A DNA stretch of 56,046 nucleotides from an uncultured Clostridia bacterium (GCA_947628845.1 CANRBK010000001.1:1-56046), one strand, 5' to 3'; shown: positions 10,501-19,879, counted from the first letter of the stretch. Program-made: numbers and translations. Notes: generated by a model from the letters alone, not told the origin.

Positions 10501-11499
10501 ATGAATAAAAAGCGATTAATATTATTAGCAATAATTATAGTGTTAATTGTTACAATATTAGGTTTATACACAAGTAAAATACAAAACATATCAAAGGTTG
10601 CAAGTCAAACACAACAAAAGCAAGCATTAGAAGAAGATACAGAGGAACCAGCTATAGAAATCATTCAAGATACTTCAAATTTTCAAAAAGATAGAACTAT
10701 TATTCTTACAATTAAATATAAAAATCTAACTGAAAAAATATCATATGCAGATATATATATAGAATATGATAAAGAGATTTTTAAAGAAGTAGAAAATATA
10801 GATTTTAGCTATGATTTTACTGAAGATGATTTAAATTATTTCAGCTATAATAAGGAAAGAAAAGAAATAATGTTTGAATTTTATGAAGACATTGATGTTG
10901 AAACTTTATGTACCTTAAAATTAAAAGTATTAGATAGTATAACAGAACCAAAAGAGACATATTTTAATGTTATATATCCTTATATATATAATTATGAAAA
11001 TCAAGACCAAGTATTTCTTAAAGATTGTACAGAAACTATAAAATTACCTATTGGAAGCGAGGAATTATATTTATCAAGTAAACCATATAAAATAGGAGAT
11101 AATGACATAGACAAATATGAGGATGGAGATAAATATATATCAAGAGTACAAAGAGAAACAACTAAGGAAGAATTTATAAGTAACTTAGATACAAATGGAG
11201 ATATAACAATATTAAAAGCTGATGGAACACAATTAGGTGAGAATGAATTAGTTGGAACTGGAATGACACTAGTTGTAACAAAAGATGATGAAAAAATTGA
11301 ACTTAAAATAGCAGTAATGGGAGATGTAGACGGAAATGGTAAAGTTACGATATCAGATTTTGCAACAATAAATAAAGTATTAGCAAAAATCTCTACATTG
11401 AAAAATGAATATAAAATCGCAGGAGACTTAGACGAAAATGGAAATATAACAATTTCAGATTTTGCAACAATCAATAAGATATTGGCAAAACTAATATAG
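10501..11499 (+). CDS. Small cohesin-X-dockerin adaptor (scaffoldin-like) protein with N-terminal signal/anchor helix
   Basis: GGAGG at 10488-10492 lies 8 nt before the ATG at 10501 (MNKKRLILLAIIIVLIVTILG), so that start is preferred over the caller's 10483. It is followed by a cohesin-like beta-sandwich segment, the LYLSSKPYKIGDNDIDKYEDGD X-module, and a dockerin. Confidence 0.75.
   Translation: MNKKRLILLAIIIVLIVTILGLYTSKIQNISKVASQTQQKQALEEDTEEPAIEIIQDTSNFQKDRTIILTIKYKNLTEKISYADIYIEYDKEIFKEVENIDFSYDFTEDDLNYFSYNKERKEIMFEFYEDIDVETLCTLKLKVLDSITEPKETYFNVIYPYIYNYENQDQVFLKDCTETIKLPIGSEELYLSSKPYKIGDNDIDKYEDGDKYISRVQRETTKEEFISNLDTNGDITILKADGTQLGENELVGTGMTLVVTKDDEKIELKIAVMGDVDGNGKVTISDFATINKVLAKISTLKNEYKIAGDLDENGNITISDFATINKILAKLI
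10654..11055 (+). other. Cohesin-like module
   Basis: IEIIQDTSNFQKDRTIILTIKYKNL...ADIYIEYDKEIFKEVENIDF. This shows the cohesin-type alternating-strand pattern with the x-Y-D-x-x-x-F-E strand. Confidence 0.55.
11319..11496 (+). other. Dockerin module (class A)
   Basis: GDVDGNGKVTISDFATINKVLAKI...GDLDENGNITISDFATINKILAKLI is a duplicated Ca loop plus helix. Confidence 0.8.
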
Positions 11500-11527
11500 G
11501 ATATACTAGTATAATATACAAAATATT

Positions 11528-11560
11528 TGTTAGCACTTAGGGAAGTCCTAAGTGCTAGCA
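11528..11560 (+). terminator. Strong hairpin between the adaptor gene and the next gene (partial terminator/attenuator)
   Basis: In tgttagcacttagg-gaagt-cctaagtgctagca, an 11-bp perfect stem extends to about 14 bp with one G-U pair. The downstream T-tract is weak (ttgtttta). Confidence 0.45.
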
Positions 11561-11709
11561 AATAAATAAATTGTTTTATCATTTAGATATTATATTTAAA
11601 ATTTGTAAAAATAATGTAATATAAATATAATATTTAAGTGATAAAACAAATAAAAATATTTTCCGTAAGAGAAATTAGGCATATAATTTTTTTATAAGAA
11701 AAATGATAG

Positions 11710-11737
11710 TTGAAAAAAAATACTCAAATGTTAAAAT
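11710..11737 (+). promoter_or_regulatory. Candidate sigma-A promoter for the 1,365-aa gene
   Basis: TTGAAA (11710-11715), a 16-nt spacer containing an A8 run, then the TG-extended -10 tgtTAAAAT (11729-11737). Confidence 0.4.
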
Positions 11738-11772
11738 AATAACAAACTAATGATTAAAAAGGGGGAAATATT

Positions 11773-14700
11773 ATGTATAAGTTAAAAACAAAACATGATT
11801 ATATAAAATTAATAGCAATATTAGCCACATTAGTTTTAATTTGTATGTCGGTTATATTATTAATTAATAGACATAATGAAAATACTTTGAAAATAGCTGC
11901 AAATGATGGAGAAATTAAAGCTTTAGGTAGAAATGAGCTAGAAATAGAAAAATCACCATTGAATATTGAATTAAAATCAGATGCAACAGAAATTAAAGTA
12001 GGACAACCAATTGAAATAAAGATTTATGTAACAGGAGGAAACATTTCTTATTTTGATGGATATTTAGATTATAATCAGGATGAATTTGAGACATTCAGTA
12101 GAGGCAATATAAAAATAAATACAAAATTAACACAAGATGATGATACTTATGGTATGTGGGGAAAAAACTATGATACTACTAGAAAGCTGGTAAGTATATC
12201 TGAAAACTATGGTGACAATTATAAGATTCCTGATGATGGATATCTAGGAAGTATACAACTTACACCCAAAAAAAATATGGAAACTACAAAAATAACATTG
12301 ACAGATTTGTCAGTAGTTGATAAAGATGGAATAAATGTAATTATGAAAGAACTTTCTATAGATATTCCAAAACCATTAATTTCATATACAATAACATATG
12401 ATGATAATGTTGATGATGATTCAGTACAAAGTATGCCTGCAAATGGTAAAAAAAATCAAAATGAAGATTATACTATACAAGGAACACCAACAAGAAAAGG
12501 ATATACATTTAAAGGATGGAATACAGATAAAGGAGGAAATGGAACATCATATCAACCTGGAGATACATATAATGGAAATGCTAATTTAGAACTATATGCA
12601 AAATGGGAGAGAAAAACATCACAATTATTTGTAAATCCAAATGGAGGTGTATGGAATAGCAAATCTAGTACACAAAAATTTACAGAGCAAAGTGGAGAAA
12701 CAAAAGATATTCCAAACCCAACATCTGGACCTAATGGATACACAGTTAAGTTTAATGCTAATGGAGGACAAGAAGATAATTTACAAATCACACAAACAAA
12801 AAAATTTAAAAACTGGACAAAAGATGGTGATGGAACTTTAAATGGAACTTTATTTACATTTGGAGAAACAGATACAACATTAACAGCAAATTATGAAGGA
12901 GAAAGTATAACATTACCAGGCGCTACAAAAACAGGTGCAACTTTCAAAGGATGGTTTACATCAGCAGTAGGAGGAAATAAAGTAGGAGATGCTGGTACAT
13001 CATATACCCCAGATAGAGATAATATTACTCTATTTGCACAATGGGATGAAATACAATATAAATTAATAATAGATCCAGATGAAGGAACATATAATGGAGA
13101 GACTACTATATATGGAGCATATAATTCTACTATTCCAGTAAAAAAACCAACACCTCCAAAAGGTTTTACAGTAAGATTGAATAACGAAGGACAAATATCC
13201 GAAGTTGTACAAACGAAGAAATTTGTAGAATGGGTAAAAACTGGAAAAGGAAACTTAGATGATATGGTTTACACATTTGAAGATGGCGATGGAAGATTAA
13301 CAGCTAAATATATAGATAATGATGTAGAATTAGGGACTCCTTCAAGACCAGGATATAAATTTGATGGTTGGTATACATTACCATCAGGGGGAGAAAAAAT
13401 AGAGTCACCATATAAGCCAGAATCAGATATAACATTATATGCACGTTGGACACCAAATAAATATACTATAACATTTGATGCAGGTGATGATGCAACTGTA
13501 TACCCTACAACTAAAGAGGTAACATATGATCAACCTTATGGAGAATTACCAACACCAAATAGACCAGGACATACATTTAAAGGTTGGTATTATAAAGGAC
13601 AACTAGTTACAGACAAAGATACAGTAAAAATAACAGATAATGTAACACTAACAGCTTATTGGGAAGGAGAAACATATACATTAACAATAGATCCTAATGG
13701 CGGAACATACGATGGAAAAAAGGAGAAAACAATTTTAGATGGGCAATATGAACAAGAAGTAGAGATACAAGATCCAGTAGCACCAGATGGATATAAAGTA
13801 ACATTATTTAGAAATGATGGTACAGAAGATAAACAAGAAATTATGCAAGAAATAGAATTTACAGAATGGACTAAAGGAGAAAAAGGAACACTAGAAAATA
13901 ATATTTATACATTCGGAGATGGTAATGGAACTTTAACAGCACAATATGAAAAGAAATCAGTGGATTTACCACAAATTGAAAGAACAGGATATGAATTTTT
14001 AGGATGGTTTACAGATCCAACAGGAGGAGAGAAAAAAGAGGATACATTTACACCAACAAGCGATATTACATTATATGCACATTGGGAAGCAAAAAAATTC
14101 AAATTAAAATTTGAGCCAGGACCAGGTGCAGAAGAACTTGAGGAAAAAGATAAGGAAAAAGAAGTAACATATGGAGAAAAGTATGGGGATTTACCAACAC
14201 CAAAAAAAGATGGATACATATTTGAAGGTTGGTATGATGGAGAAAATAGAATAAATCCAGAGGATGATGTTGATATAACTGAAGATAAAACATTAACTGC
14301 TAAATGGGGAAAAGTAAAAGCAATGTTAAGAGTAAATCCAAATGGAGGAGAATGGGAAGGAAGCAGAGAGCCACAAGAATTTATTGAAGAATATGGAGAA
14401 GTAAAAGATATACCAGATCCAACAACAAACAGAGATGGATTTACAGTAACATTTGATAAATGTGATGGTTCAGCAAGAACTCAAGTTACGCAAACAACAA
14501 CTTTTGAACGTTGGGAATTAGATGGAGATGGAAAATTTGAAAATAAGAAATATACATTTGAAGAAGCAAATGGAACATTAACAGCAATATATAAAGGAGA
14601 CGAAGTTGAATTAGAACAACCAGAAAGACCAGGATATGACTTCGATTGTTGGTATACAGATACTGGTGTAGAAGTAAGAGAAGACTCATTTATACCTGAA

Positions 14701-15870
14701 AAAGATACTTTATTACATGCACATTGGAAGCCTAAACACTATAATGTAACATTTGAAACAGGAAGTGAGGATGCTATATTAGATGAAGATCAAAAGACAA
14801 AAGAGGTAACGCATGGAGATAAATACGGAACATTACCAGAACCAACAAGACCAGGTTATGAATTTAATGGTTGGTATGATGAAGATGGAAATAGAATTAC
14901 AGAAGATAATATAGTAGATATAACAGATGACACAACTCTTACAGCTAAATGGTTAGGAGCAACATTCACTGTATATTTCGATTATAGAGAAGGAACAGGA
15001 ATAACAGCAAAAAAAGAGGTAAGAAATGAAGGAACATATGGAGAATTACCACGAGCAACAAGAAAGGGATATACATTTGTAGGTTGGTATAATCCTGATG
15101 AAGAACTAGTAACAGAGTCAACAATAGTAGATCTTACAGACGACATTACACTACATGCAAAATATAAAGTAAATGAATATACAATTACATATGAAAATTT
15201 AATGGATAGTGATAATTCACAAAATCCAAAGAAATATACAATTGAAGATAAAGGACCATTAACATTATATAATTTACCAGACAAAGATGGTTATACATTC
15301 TTAGGTTGGTATACAACAAATGACGAAAATGGAGAGAAAGTTACAAGTATAGATACATCAAATTTGGGCAATATAACATTATATGCAAGATGGGAAAAAG
15401 AGGATGACTTATATTTAAGATCAGAAAAATATAAAGTTGGTGAAAAAGATATTGACAATTATGAACAAGGTGATATATACTTAGACAAAATAGAACCAGA
15501 AACGACAGTTGCAGAGCTAATAAGAAACTGCGAAACTAATGGAACAATGGTAGTTTTAGATTCAAGGGGAAATCCAGTACCAGAAAATAGTCTTGTCGGA
15601 ACAGGAATGACAATTAAGGTAACAAAAGATAATAAAGAAATTAGATTAACAGCAGTTGTAATGGGAGATTTAGATGGAAATGGAAAAGTAACAATATCAG
15701 ATTTTGCAACAATAAACAAAGTCCTTGCTAAATTAACAACACTTGAAGGAGCAGAATTTTTAGCTGCAGACTTAGATGACAATAAAGATATAACAATATC
15801 AGATTTTGCAACGATAAATAAAGTTCTTGCTAAACTAACTACATTAACTTATACAAAGAAAAAAAATTAA
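11773..15870 (+). CDS. Cohesin / Listeria-Bacteroides-repeat array / X-module / dockerin surface protein with N-terminal membrane anchor
   Basis: GGGGGA RBS before the ATG. The TM helix is LIAILATLVLICMSVILLI. A cohesin-like segment follows, then at least 10 copies of the G(Y/H)-x-F-x-GW(Y/F/N) repeat. The C-terminal module LYLRSEKYKVGEKDIDNYEQGD...LVGTGMT...VMGD precedes the dockerin. Confidence 0.85.
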   Translation: MYKLKTKHDYIKLIAILATLVLICMSVILLINRHNENTLKIAANDGEIKALGRNELEIEKSPLNIELKSDATEIKVGQPIEIKIYVTGGNISYFDGYLDYNQDEFETFSRGNIKINTKLTQDDDTYGMWGKNYDTTRKLVSISENYGDNYKIPDDGYLGSIQLTPKKNMETTKITLTDLSVVDKDGINVIMKELSIDIPKPLISYTITYDDNVDDDSVQSMPANGKKNQNEDYTIQGTPTRKGYTFKGWNTDKGGNGTSYQPGDTYNGNANLELYAKWERKTSQLFVNPNGGVWNSKSSTQKFTEQSGETKDIPNPTSGPNGYTVKFNANGGQEDNLQITQTKKFKNWTKDGDGTLNGTLFTFGETDTTLTANYEGESITLPGATKTGATFKGWFTSAVGGNKVGDAGTSYTPDRDNITLFAQWDEIQYKLIIDPDEGTYNGETTIYGAYNSTIPVKKPTPPKGFTVRLNNEGQISEVVQTKKFVEWVKTGKGNLDDMVYTFEDGDGRLTAKYIDNDVELGTPSRPGYKFDGWYTLPSGGEKIESPYKPESDITLYARWTPNKYTITFDAGDDATVYPTTKEVTYDQPYGELPTPNRPGHTFKGWYYKGQLVTDKDTVKITDNVTLTAYWEGETYTLTIDPNGGTYDGKKEKTILDGQYEQEVEIQDPVAPDGYKVTLFRNDGTEDKQEIMQEIEFTEWTKGEKGTLENNIYTFGDGNGTLTAQYEKKSVDLPQIERTGYEFLGWFTDPTGGEKKEDTFTPTSDITLYAHWEAKKFKLKFEPGPGAEELEEKDKEKEVTYGEKYGDLPTPKKDGYIFEGWYDGENRINPEDDVDITEDKTLTAKWGKVKAMLRVNPNGGEWEGSREPQEFIEEYGEVKDIPDPTTNRDGFTVTFDKCDGSARTQVTQTTTFERWELDGDGKFENKKYTFEEANGTLTAIYKGDEVELEQPERPGYDFDCWYTDTGVEVREDSFIPEKDTLLHAHWKPKHYNVTFETGSEDAILDEDQKTKEVTHGDKYGTLPEPTRPGYEFNGWYDEDGNRITEDNIVDITDDTTLTAKWLGATFTVYFDYREGTGITAKKEVRNEGTYGELPRATRKGYTFVGWYNPDEELVTESTIVDLTDDITLHAKYKVNEYTITYENLMDSDNSQNPKKYTIEDKGPLTLYNLPDKDGYTFLGWYTTNDENGEKVTSIDTSNLGNITLYARWEKEDDLYLRSEKYKVGEKDIDNYEQGDIYLDKIEPETTVAELIRNCETNGTMVVLDSRGNPVPENSLVGTGMTIKVTKDNKEIRLTAVVMGDLDGNGKVTISDFATINKVLAKLTTLEGAEFLAADLDDNKDITISDFATINKVLAKLTTLTYTKKKN
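11959..12370 (+). other. Cohesin-like module
   Basis: LNIELKSDATEIKVGQPIEIKIYVTGGNISYFDGYLDYNQDEFETF...ITLTDLSVVDKDG. Confidence 0.55.
12375..15405 (+). repeat. Array of Listeria-Bacteroides (Flg_new-type) repeats, alternating canonical and variant units
   Basis: Canonical units include KGYTFKGWNTD..LELYAKWE, PGYKFDGWYTL..ITLYARWT, PGHTFKGWYYK, TGYEFLGWFTD, DGYIFEGWYDG, PGYEFNGWYDE, KGYTFVGWYNP and DGYTFLGWYTT. They are interleaved with (V/I)(N/D)P(N/D)GG-x-(W/Y)-(N/D/E)-G variant units. Confidence 0.8.
15664..15846 (+). other. Dockerin module (class A)
   Basis: GDLDGNGKVTISDFATINKVLAKLTTL...ADLDDNKDITISDFATINKVLAKLTTL. Confidence 0.8.
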
Positions 15871-15929
15871 AATGTTATTAAATTTTTAAATTTTTATAAA
15901 AAAAAATAAAACAAAAGAAAGGAGAAAAA

Positions 15930-16703
15930 ATGGAAAAGAATGTAAAAACAAAGATTCTTATTGTAATAGCAGCTATAGTAATGATTATTACAGCAACTAA
16001 TACATTAGTAATGGCAGCAGAAGGAAATGATAAAGGATATTCAGTAAACATCACAGCAAGTAGTGATTCTAAATTAAAAGCGGGAGATGTAGTAACAGTA
16101 AAATTGAATTTACAAAGTGTTAATGCTGGAGGAATGGGTATTAACTCATTTGAAGCTACGATTAAATATGATACTAATGTTTTTGAAGAATTAACACAAT
16201 CAGATTTCCAAGGAAGTAATCCATGGGCAGTAATGTGGACACCACAAACAAATTATTTATCAGTATATGAACTTGGTGCAGATATAAAAGATCCACAAAC
16301 TATGGTAACAATAAATTTTAAAGTTAAATCTTCAATTGATATGGATTCTACAATAATCGGATTTGAATCTTGTAAAGCTTCAAATGGAGGAATTAATGAT
16401 GGAGGAACAGGTGATATAGATGTTAATAATATTTCTATAACAATAGACAAAGAAGCAGAGCCAGTTCCAAGTGAAACACAACCAGAAAATACTGCAGCAC
16501 CTAGCACTACTACACCAACTAATACAGCAAAAACACCTACAACAACTTCAAAAAATGTTGTAAAAGACAATACAGTTACAAAAACAGCAACTTTACCAAA
16601 AACAGGAATTGCACAATATAGTGTAGTAGCAATCGTAGTAATAGCAATAATAGCAATATTTAGTTATGTACTATATAAAAAAACATCAAAAGATGTAAAA
16701 TAG
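15930..16703 (+). CDS. Sortase-anchored cohesin protein (anchoring-scaffoldin-like)
   Basis: AAAGGAG RBS and a signal peptide ending VMAAEG. The cohesin at 16038-16451 reads YSVNITASSDSKLKAGDVVTVKLNLQSV...ATIKYDTNVFEEL. A Pro/Thr linker follows. LPKTG is at 16593-16607, then the hydrophobic helix IAQYSVVAIVVIAIIAIFSYVLY and a KKTSKDVK tail. Confidence 0.85.
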   Translation: MEKNVKTKILIVIAAIVMIITATNTLVMAAEGNDKGYSVNITASSDSKLKAGDVVTVKLNLQSVNAGGMGINSFEATIKYDTNVFEELTQSDFQGSNPWAVMWTPQTNYLSVYELGADIKDPQTMVTINFKVKSSIDMDSTIIGFESCKASNGGINDGGTGDIDVNNISITIDKEAEPVPSETQPENTAAPSTTTPTNTAKTPTTTSKNVVKDNTVTKTATLPKTGIAQYSVVAIVVIAIIAIFSYVLYKKTSKDVK

Positions 16704-16723
16704 AACATATAATTAAAAGATAG

Positions 16724-16760
16724 AGGGAAATGAGGCAATGCCTCAAATCCCTTTTTTTTC
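16724..16760 (+). terminator. Rho-independent terminator of the cohesin-dockerin operon
   Basis: gggaaatgaggca-a-tgcctcaaatccc hairpin followed by a T8 run. Confidence 0.7.
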
Positions 16761-16811
16761 GATATTATATAATTGACTTTAGGAAGAAGTATTCAAAAAA
16801 TAATGTTTGTA

Positions 16812-16840
16812 TTGTTAAAATATAATAAATAATGTATAAT
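16812..16840 (+). promoter_or_regulatory. Candidate promoter for the antiporter gene
   Basis: TTGTTA, a 17-nt spacer, then TATAAT (16835-16840). Confidence 0.35.
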
Positions 16841-16889
16841 TTAAAAAAACAAAAATAATATTAAATAACGAAAGGAAAGAAGGAAAGAA

Positions 16890-17870
16890 ATGCTATTAAA
16901 CATTATACTTATAATAATAGGCTTTATACTACTAATAAAAGGAGCTGACTTTTTAGTAGATGGAGCAAGTGAAATTGCAAAAAAATTTCACATACCAGAA
17001 ATAGTCATTGGGTTAACAATAGTCGCAGTAGGAACATCGATGCCAGAATTAGTAGTAAGTGTAACATCAGCATTAGAAGGTCACTCTGATTTGGCAATTG
17101 GAAATGTAGTTGGAAGCAACATAGCAAATATGTTTTTAATATTAGGAGTATGTGCAGTAATAAAACCATTGATTTTTAAAAAAGAAACAAGAATATTTGA
17201 AATACCATTTACTATATTTGCAACAATACTATTATTCTTTTTATGCGTAAATGGAAGCAATCAACAAATAAATACAATAACAAAAGAAGAAGGAATAATG
17301 TTATTATTATTTTGTATATTGTTTATAATCTATAATTTGGTAATGGCAAAAAAAGGAGAAGAATTTGATAAAGAAGAAAGCATACTACAAATAAAAACAA
17401 ATGAAAAACAAGTATCACCAGTATGGGAATCATTATTTGGAATAGTTTTAGGAATAATAGGACTAAAATTAGGAGGGGATTTAGTAGTAGATAGCTCTGT
17501 AGAAATTGCAAGAATACTTGGAATAAGTGAGAAACTAATAAGCTTAACAATAGTAGCTTTTAGTACAAGTTTACCAGAATTAATAACATCAATTGCCGCC
17601 ACTAGAAAAGGAGAAACTGATATGGCAATTGGGAATATAATAGGATCACAAATATTTAACATATTGCTAATTATAGGAGTTTCTGCAACATTAGCACCAA
17701 TAGCATATTCAAAAAGTTATGACAGCAATATAATATTATTAATAGTAGGAACAATTTTATTAGGTTTATTCCCATTTATAGGAAAGAAAAATGAAATGAC
17801 CAGATTTAATGGCTTAATATTTGTAGTTATATATATATTATATTTAATAAGTATAGTTTGTTTTGCATAA
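16890..17870 (+). CDS. CaCA-family cation/Ca2+ antiporter (YrbG-like)
   Basis: Polytopic membrane protein with the two alpha-repeat signatures GLTIVAVGTSMPELVVSV and SLTIVAFSTSLPELITSI, followed by GNV(I)GS-x-I-x-N. Confidence 0.8.
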   Translation: MLLNIILIIIGFILLIKGADFLVDGASEIAKKFHIPEIVIGLTIVAVGTSMPELVVSVTSALEGHSDLAIGNVVGSNIANMFLILGVCAVIKPLIFKKETRIFEIPFTIFATILLFFLCVNGSNQQINTITKEEGIMLLLFCILFIIYNLVMAKKGEEFDKEESILQIKTNEKQVSPVWESLFGIVLGIIGLKLGGDLVVDSSVEIARILGISEKLISLTIVAFSTSLPELITSIAATRKGETDMAIGNIIGSQIFNILLIIGVSATLAPIAYSKSYDSNIILLIVGTILLGLFPFIGKKNEMTRFNGLIFVVIYILYLISIVCFA

Positions 17871-17873
17871 GTT

Positions 17874-17906
17874 GTTACAAAGGATGAACCTTTTAACAGC
17901 TTTTTT
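17874..17906 (+). terminator. Rho-independent terminator
   Basis: gttacaaagg-atgaa-ccttttaac hairpin (one mismatch) followed by a T6 run. Confidence 0.5.
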
Positions 17907-18019
17907 ATATTGTAGGAAAGTTCTCCAAATTTCCTATAATATAAATCGACTAGACATTCAAATTTGAAAAAATATGTATTTTTATGTATAATAATATATG
18001 AAAAATCTAAAAAGAGGTA

Positions 18020-19879
18020 ATGAAAATGGATTTGAGTAACATTAAAATACCAAAGATGAAATTTAAAAAGATGAAAATGAATATGGTAGAAGAACTAAAT
18101 GAAATAGACTACGAGAAAATTGAAAAGAAAAATTTAAAGAAAAAAAGAGAGACACCATATGAAGATACTACATATTATAAAACAGTAAAAGAATTTTTCT
18201 TAAAATCAATAAATGAATATTCAAGTAGGCCATGCATATTAGAAAAACCAAGTCATAAAGAACCATATAAAACAATTACATATAAAGAATTTGGAGAAGA
18301 TGTGTTAGGATTAGGAACTGCTTTAATAAATATTTTAAACTTAAAAGATAAAAAAGTAATAATTATTGGAGAAACACAATATGGATGGTATGTATCATAT
18401 ATGGCAATGTTATGTGGAGTTGGAATTGCAGTACCAACAGATAGAGAATTGCCAATAAATGAATTAGAAAGCATAATAAGAAGATCTAGAGCATCTGCAA
18501 TAATTTATTCACCAAAAAAATATGAAGACATAAAGAAAATAAAAGAAAGAGTTCCAGAAGTTGAATATTTTATAGAAATGAAATCTGACAAACCAATAAA
18601 ACAAAAAGAAGTAGGCTTAGAACACTTAATAGATTTAGGAAAAACGTTAATAAAATCAGGAAATAATAGTTTTGAGCAAATAGAAATAGATCCAGAAGAA
18701 TTTAAGATATTATTTTTTACATCTGGAACAACATCAAATTCAAAAGGAGTAATGCTAAATAACAGAAACCTAGCAGAAAATATAAATGCAGTATCAGCTT
18801 ATGTAAAAATATATCCTATAGATAGGCTATTTTCTGTATTACCACTACACCATTGTTACGAATCCACAATAGGATTTTTATTACCAATCGCTTGTGGAGC
18901 ATCTGTTGCAATTTGTGAGGGCTTAAGATATATAGTGCCAAATATACAAGAGTCAAAACCAACTGGAATTTTAACAGTACCACTTTTAGTAGAAAGCCTA
19001 TATAAAAAAATAAATGAAAAAATAGTAAAAAATAAAAAAGATAAGATGGTAAATACAATGATATCAGTGACCAATGCCTTAAAAGGAGCTGGAATTGATA
19101 TAAAGAAAAAAGTATTTAGAGAGATATATGATAATTTGGGAGGAAATTTAAGAATAATAGTATCAGCAGCAGCTCCAATAGATAAGAAAGTAGGAACATG
19201 GCTAGAAGATATAGGAATTTCTTTTTTACAAGGATATGGTTTAACAGAAACAGCCCCAATATCAGCTTTGACTCCAGAATATAAAACTTGTGTAGGTTCA
19301 GCAGGAAAAGCTATTGTTCAAGCAGATATAAAAGTAAAAGACCCAAATGAAAATGGAGAAGGAGAATTATTGATTAAATCACCAACTTTAATGCTAGGTT
19401 ACTATGAAGATGAGGAAGAAACTAAAAAAGTAATTGATGAAGATGGATATTTTAATTCTGGAGATATAGGATATATAGACGAAGATGGATATATATTTAT
19501 TACAGGCAGAAGCAAAAATGTTATAGTAACACAGAATGGTAAAAATATATACCCAGAAGAAATAGAAATGATTTTAGACAAAGTAGATGAAATAAAAGAA
19601 TCTATGGTATATGGTAAAAAACCTGAAAGTAATAGAAAAAAAGAAGAAAAAGAATTGATTATTACAGCCAGAGTTATACCAGATTATGAAAAAATTGAAG
19701 AAATATACGGAAAAATTTCAAAAGATGAGATATATAATATAATTTGGAAAAAGATTAAAGAAGTAAATAAAAAATTAAATTCATATAAGGCTATAAAATC
19801 TTTAGAAATTAAAGAAGGAGAATTTGAAAAAACTTCTACTATGAAGATAAAAAGGTATAAAGAATTAGTTAATAAATAA
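18020..19879 (+). CDS. AMP-dependent long-chain acyl-CoA synthetase (FadD-like)
   Basis: AMP-binding signature FFTSGTTSNSKGVML, then GYGLTETAP, and SGDIGYIDEDGYIFITGRSKN with a C-terminal K near the end. Confidence 0.8.
   Translation: MKMDLSNIKIPKMKFKKMKMNMVEELNEIDYEKIEKKNLKKKRETPYEDTTYYKTVKEFFLKSINEYSSRPCILEKPSHKEPYKTITYKEFGEDVLGLGTALINILNLKDKKVIIIGETQYGWYVSYMAMLCGVGIAVPTDRELPINELESIIRRSRASAIIYSPKKYEDIKKIKERVPEVEYFIEMKSDKPIKQKEVGLEHLIDLGKTLIKSGNNSFEQIEIDPEEFKILFFTSGTTSNSKGVMLNNRNLAENINAVSAYVKIYPIDRLFSVLPLHHCYESTIGFLLPIACGASVAICEGLRYIVPNIQESKPTGILTVPLLVESLYKKINEKIVKNKKDKMVNTMISVTNALKGAGIDIKKKVFREIYDNLGGNLRIIVSAAAPIDKKVGTWLEDIGISFLQGYGLTETAPISALTPEYKTCVGSAGKAIVQADIKVKDPNENGEGELLIKSPTLMLGYYEDEEETKKVIDEDGYFNSGDIGYIDEDGYIFITGRSKNVIVTQNGKNIYPEEIEMILDKVDEIKESMVYGKKPESNRKKEEKELIITARVIPDYEKIEEIYGKISKDEIYNIIWKKIKEVNKKLNSYKAIKSLEIKEGEFEKTSTMKIKRYKELVNK

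Noticed and set aside
11001-11582. A 193-aa antisense ORF opposite the adaptor gene, the longest shadow ORF in the window.
   Set aside because: It mirrors the sense gene's dockerin and X-module repeats, runs through the 11528-11560 terminator hairpin, has no RBS, and its product has no recognisable motif. The sense gene has clear domain content.
16890-17870. The idea that the Ca2+/cation antiporter next to the operon supplies Ca2+ for dockerin folding.
   Set aside because: A strong terminator (16724-16760) and a separate promoter candidate separate it from the operon. CaCA antiporters are common housekeeping genes, and extracellular Ca2+ would not normally need a dedicated exporter. I have no sequence evidence of coupling.
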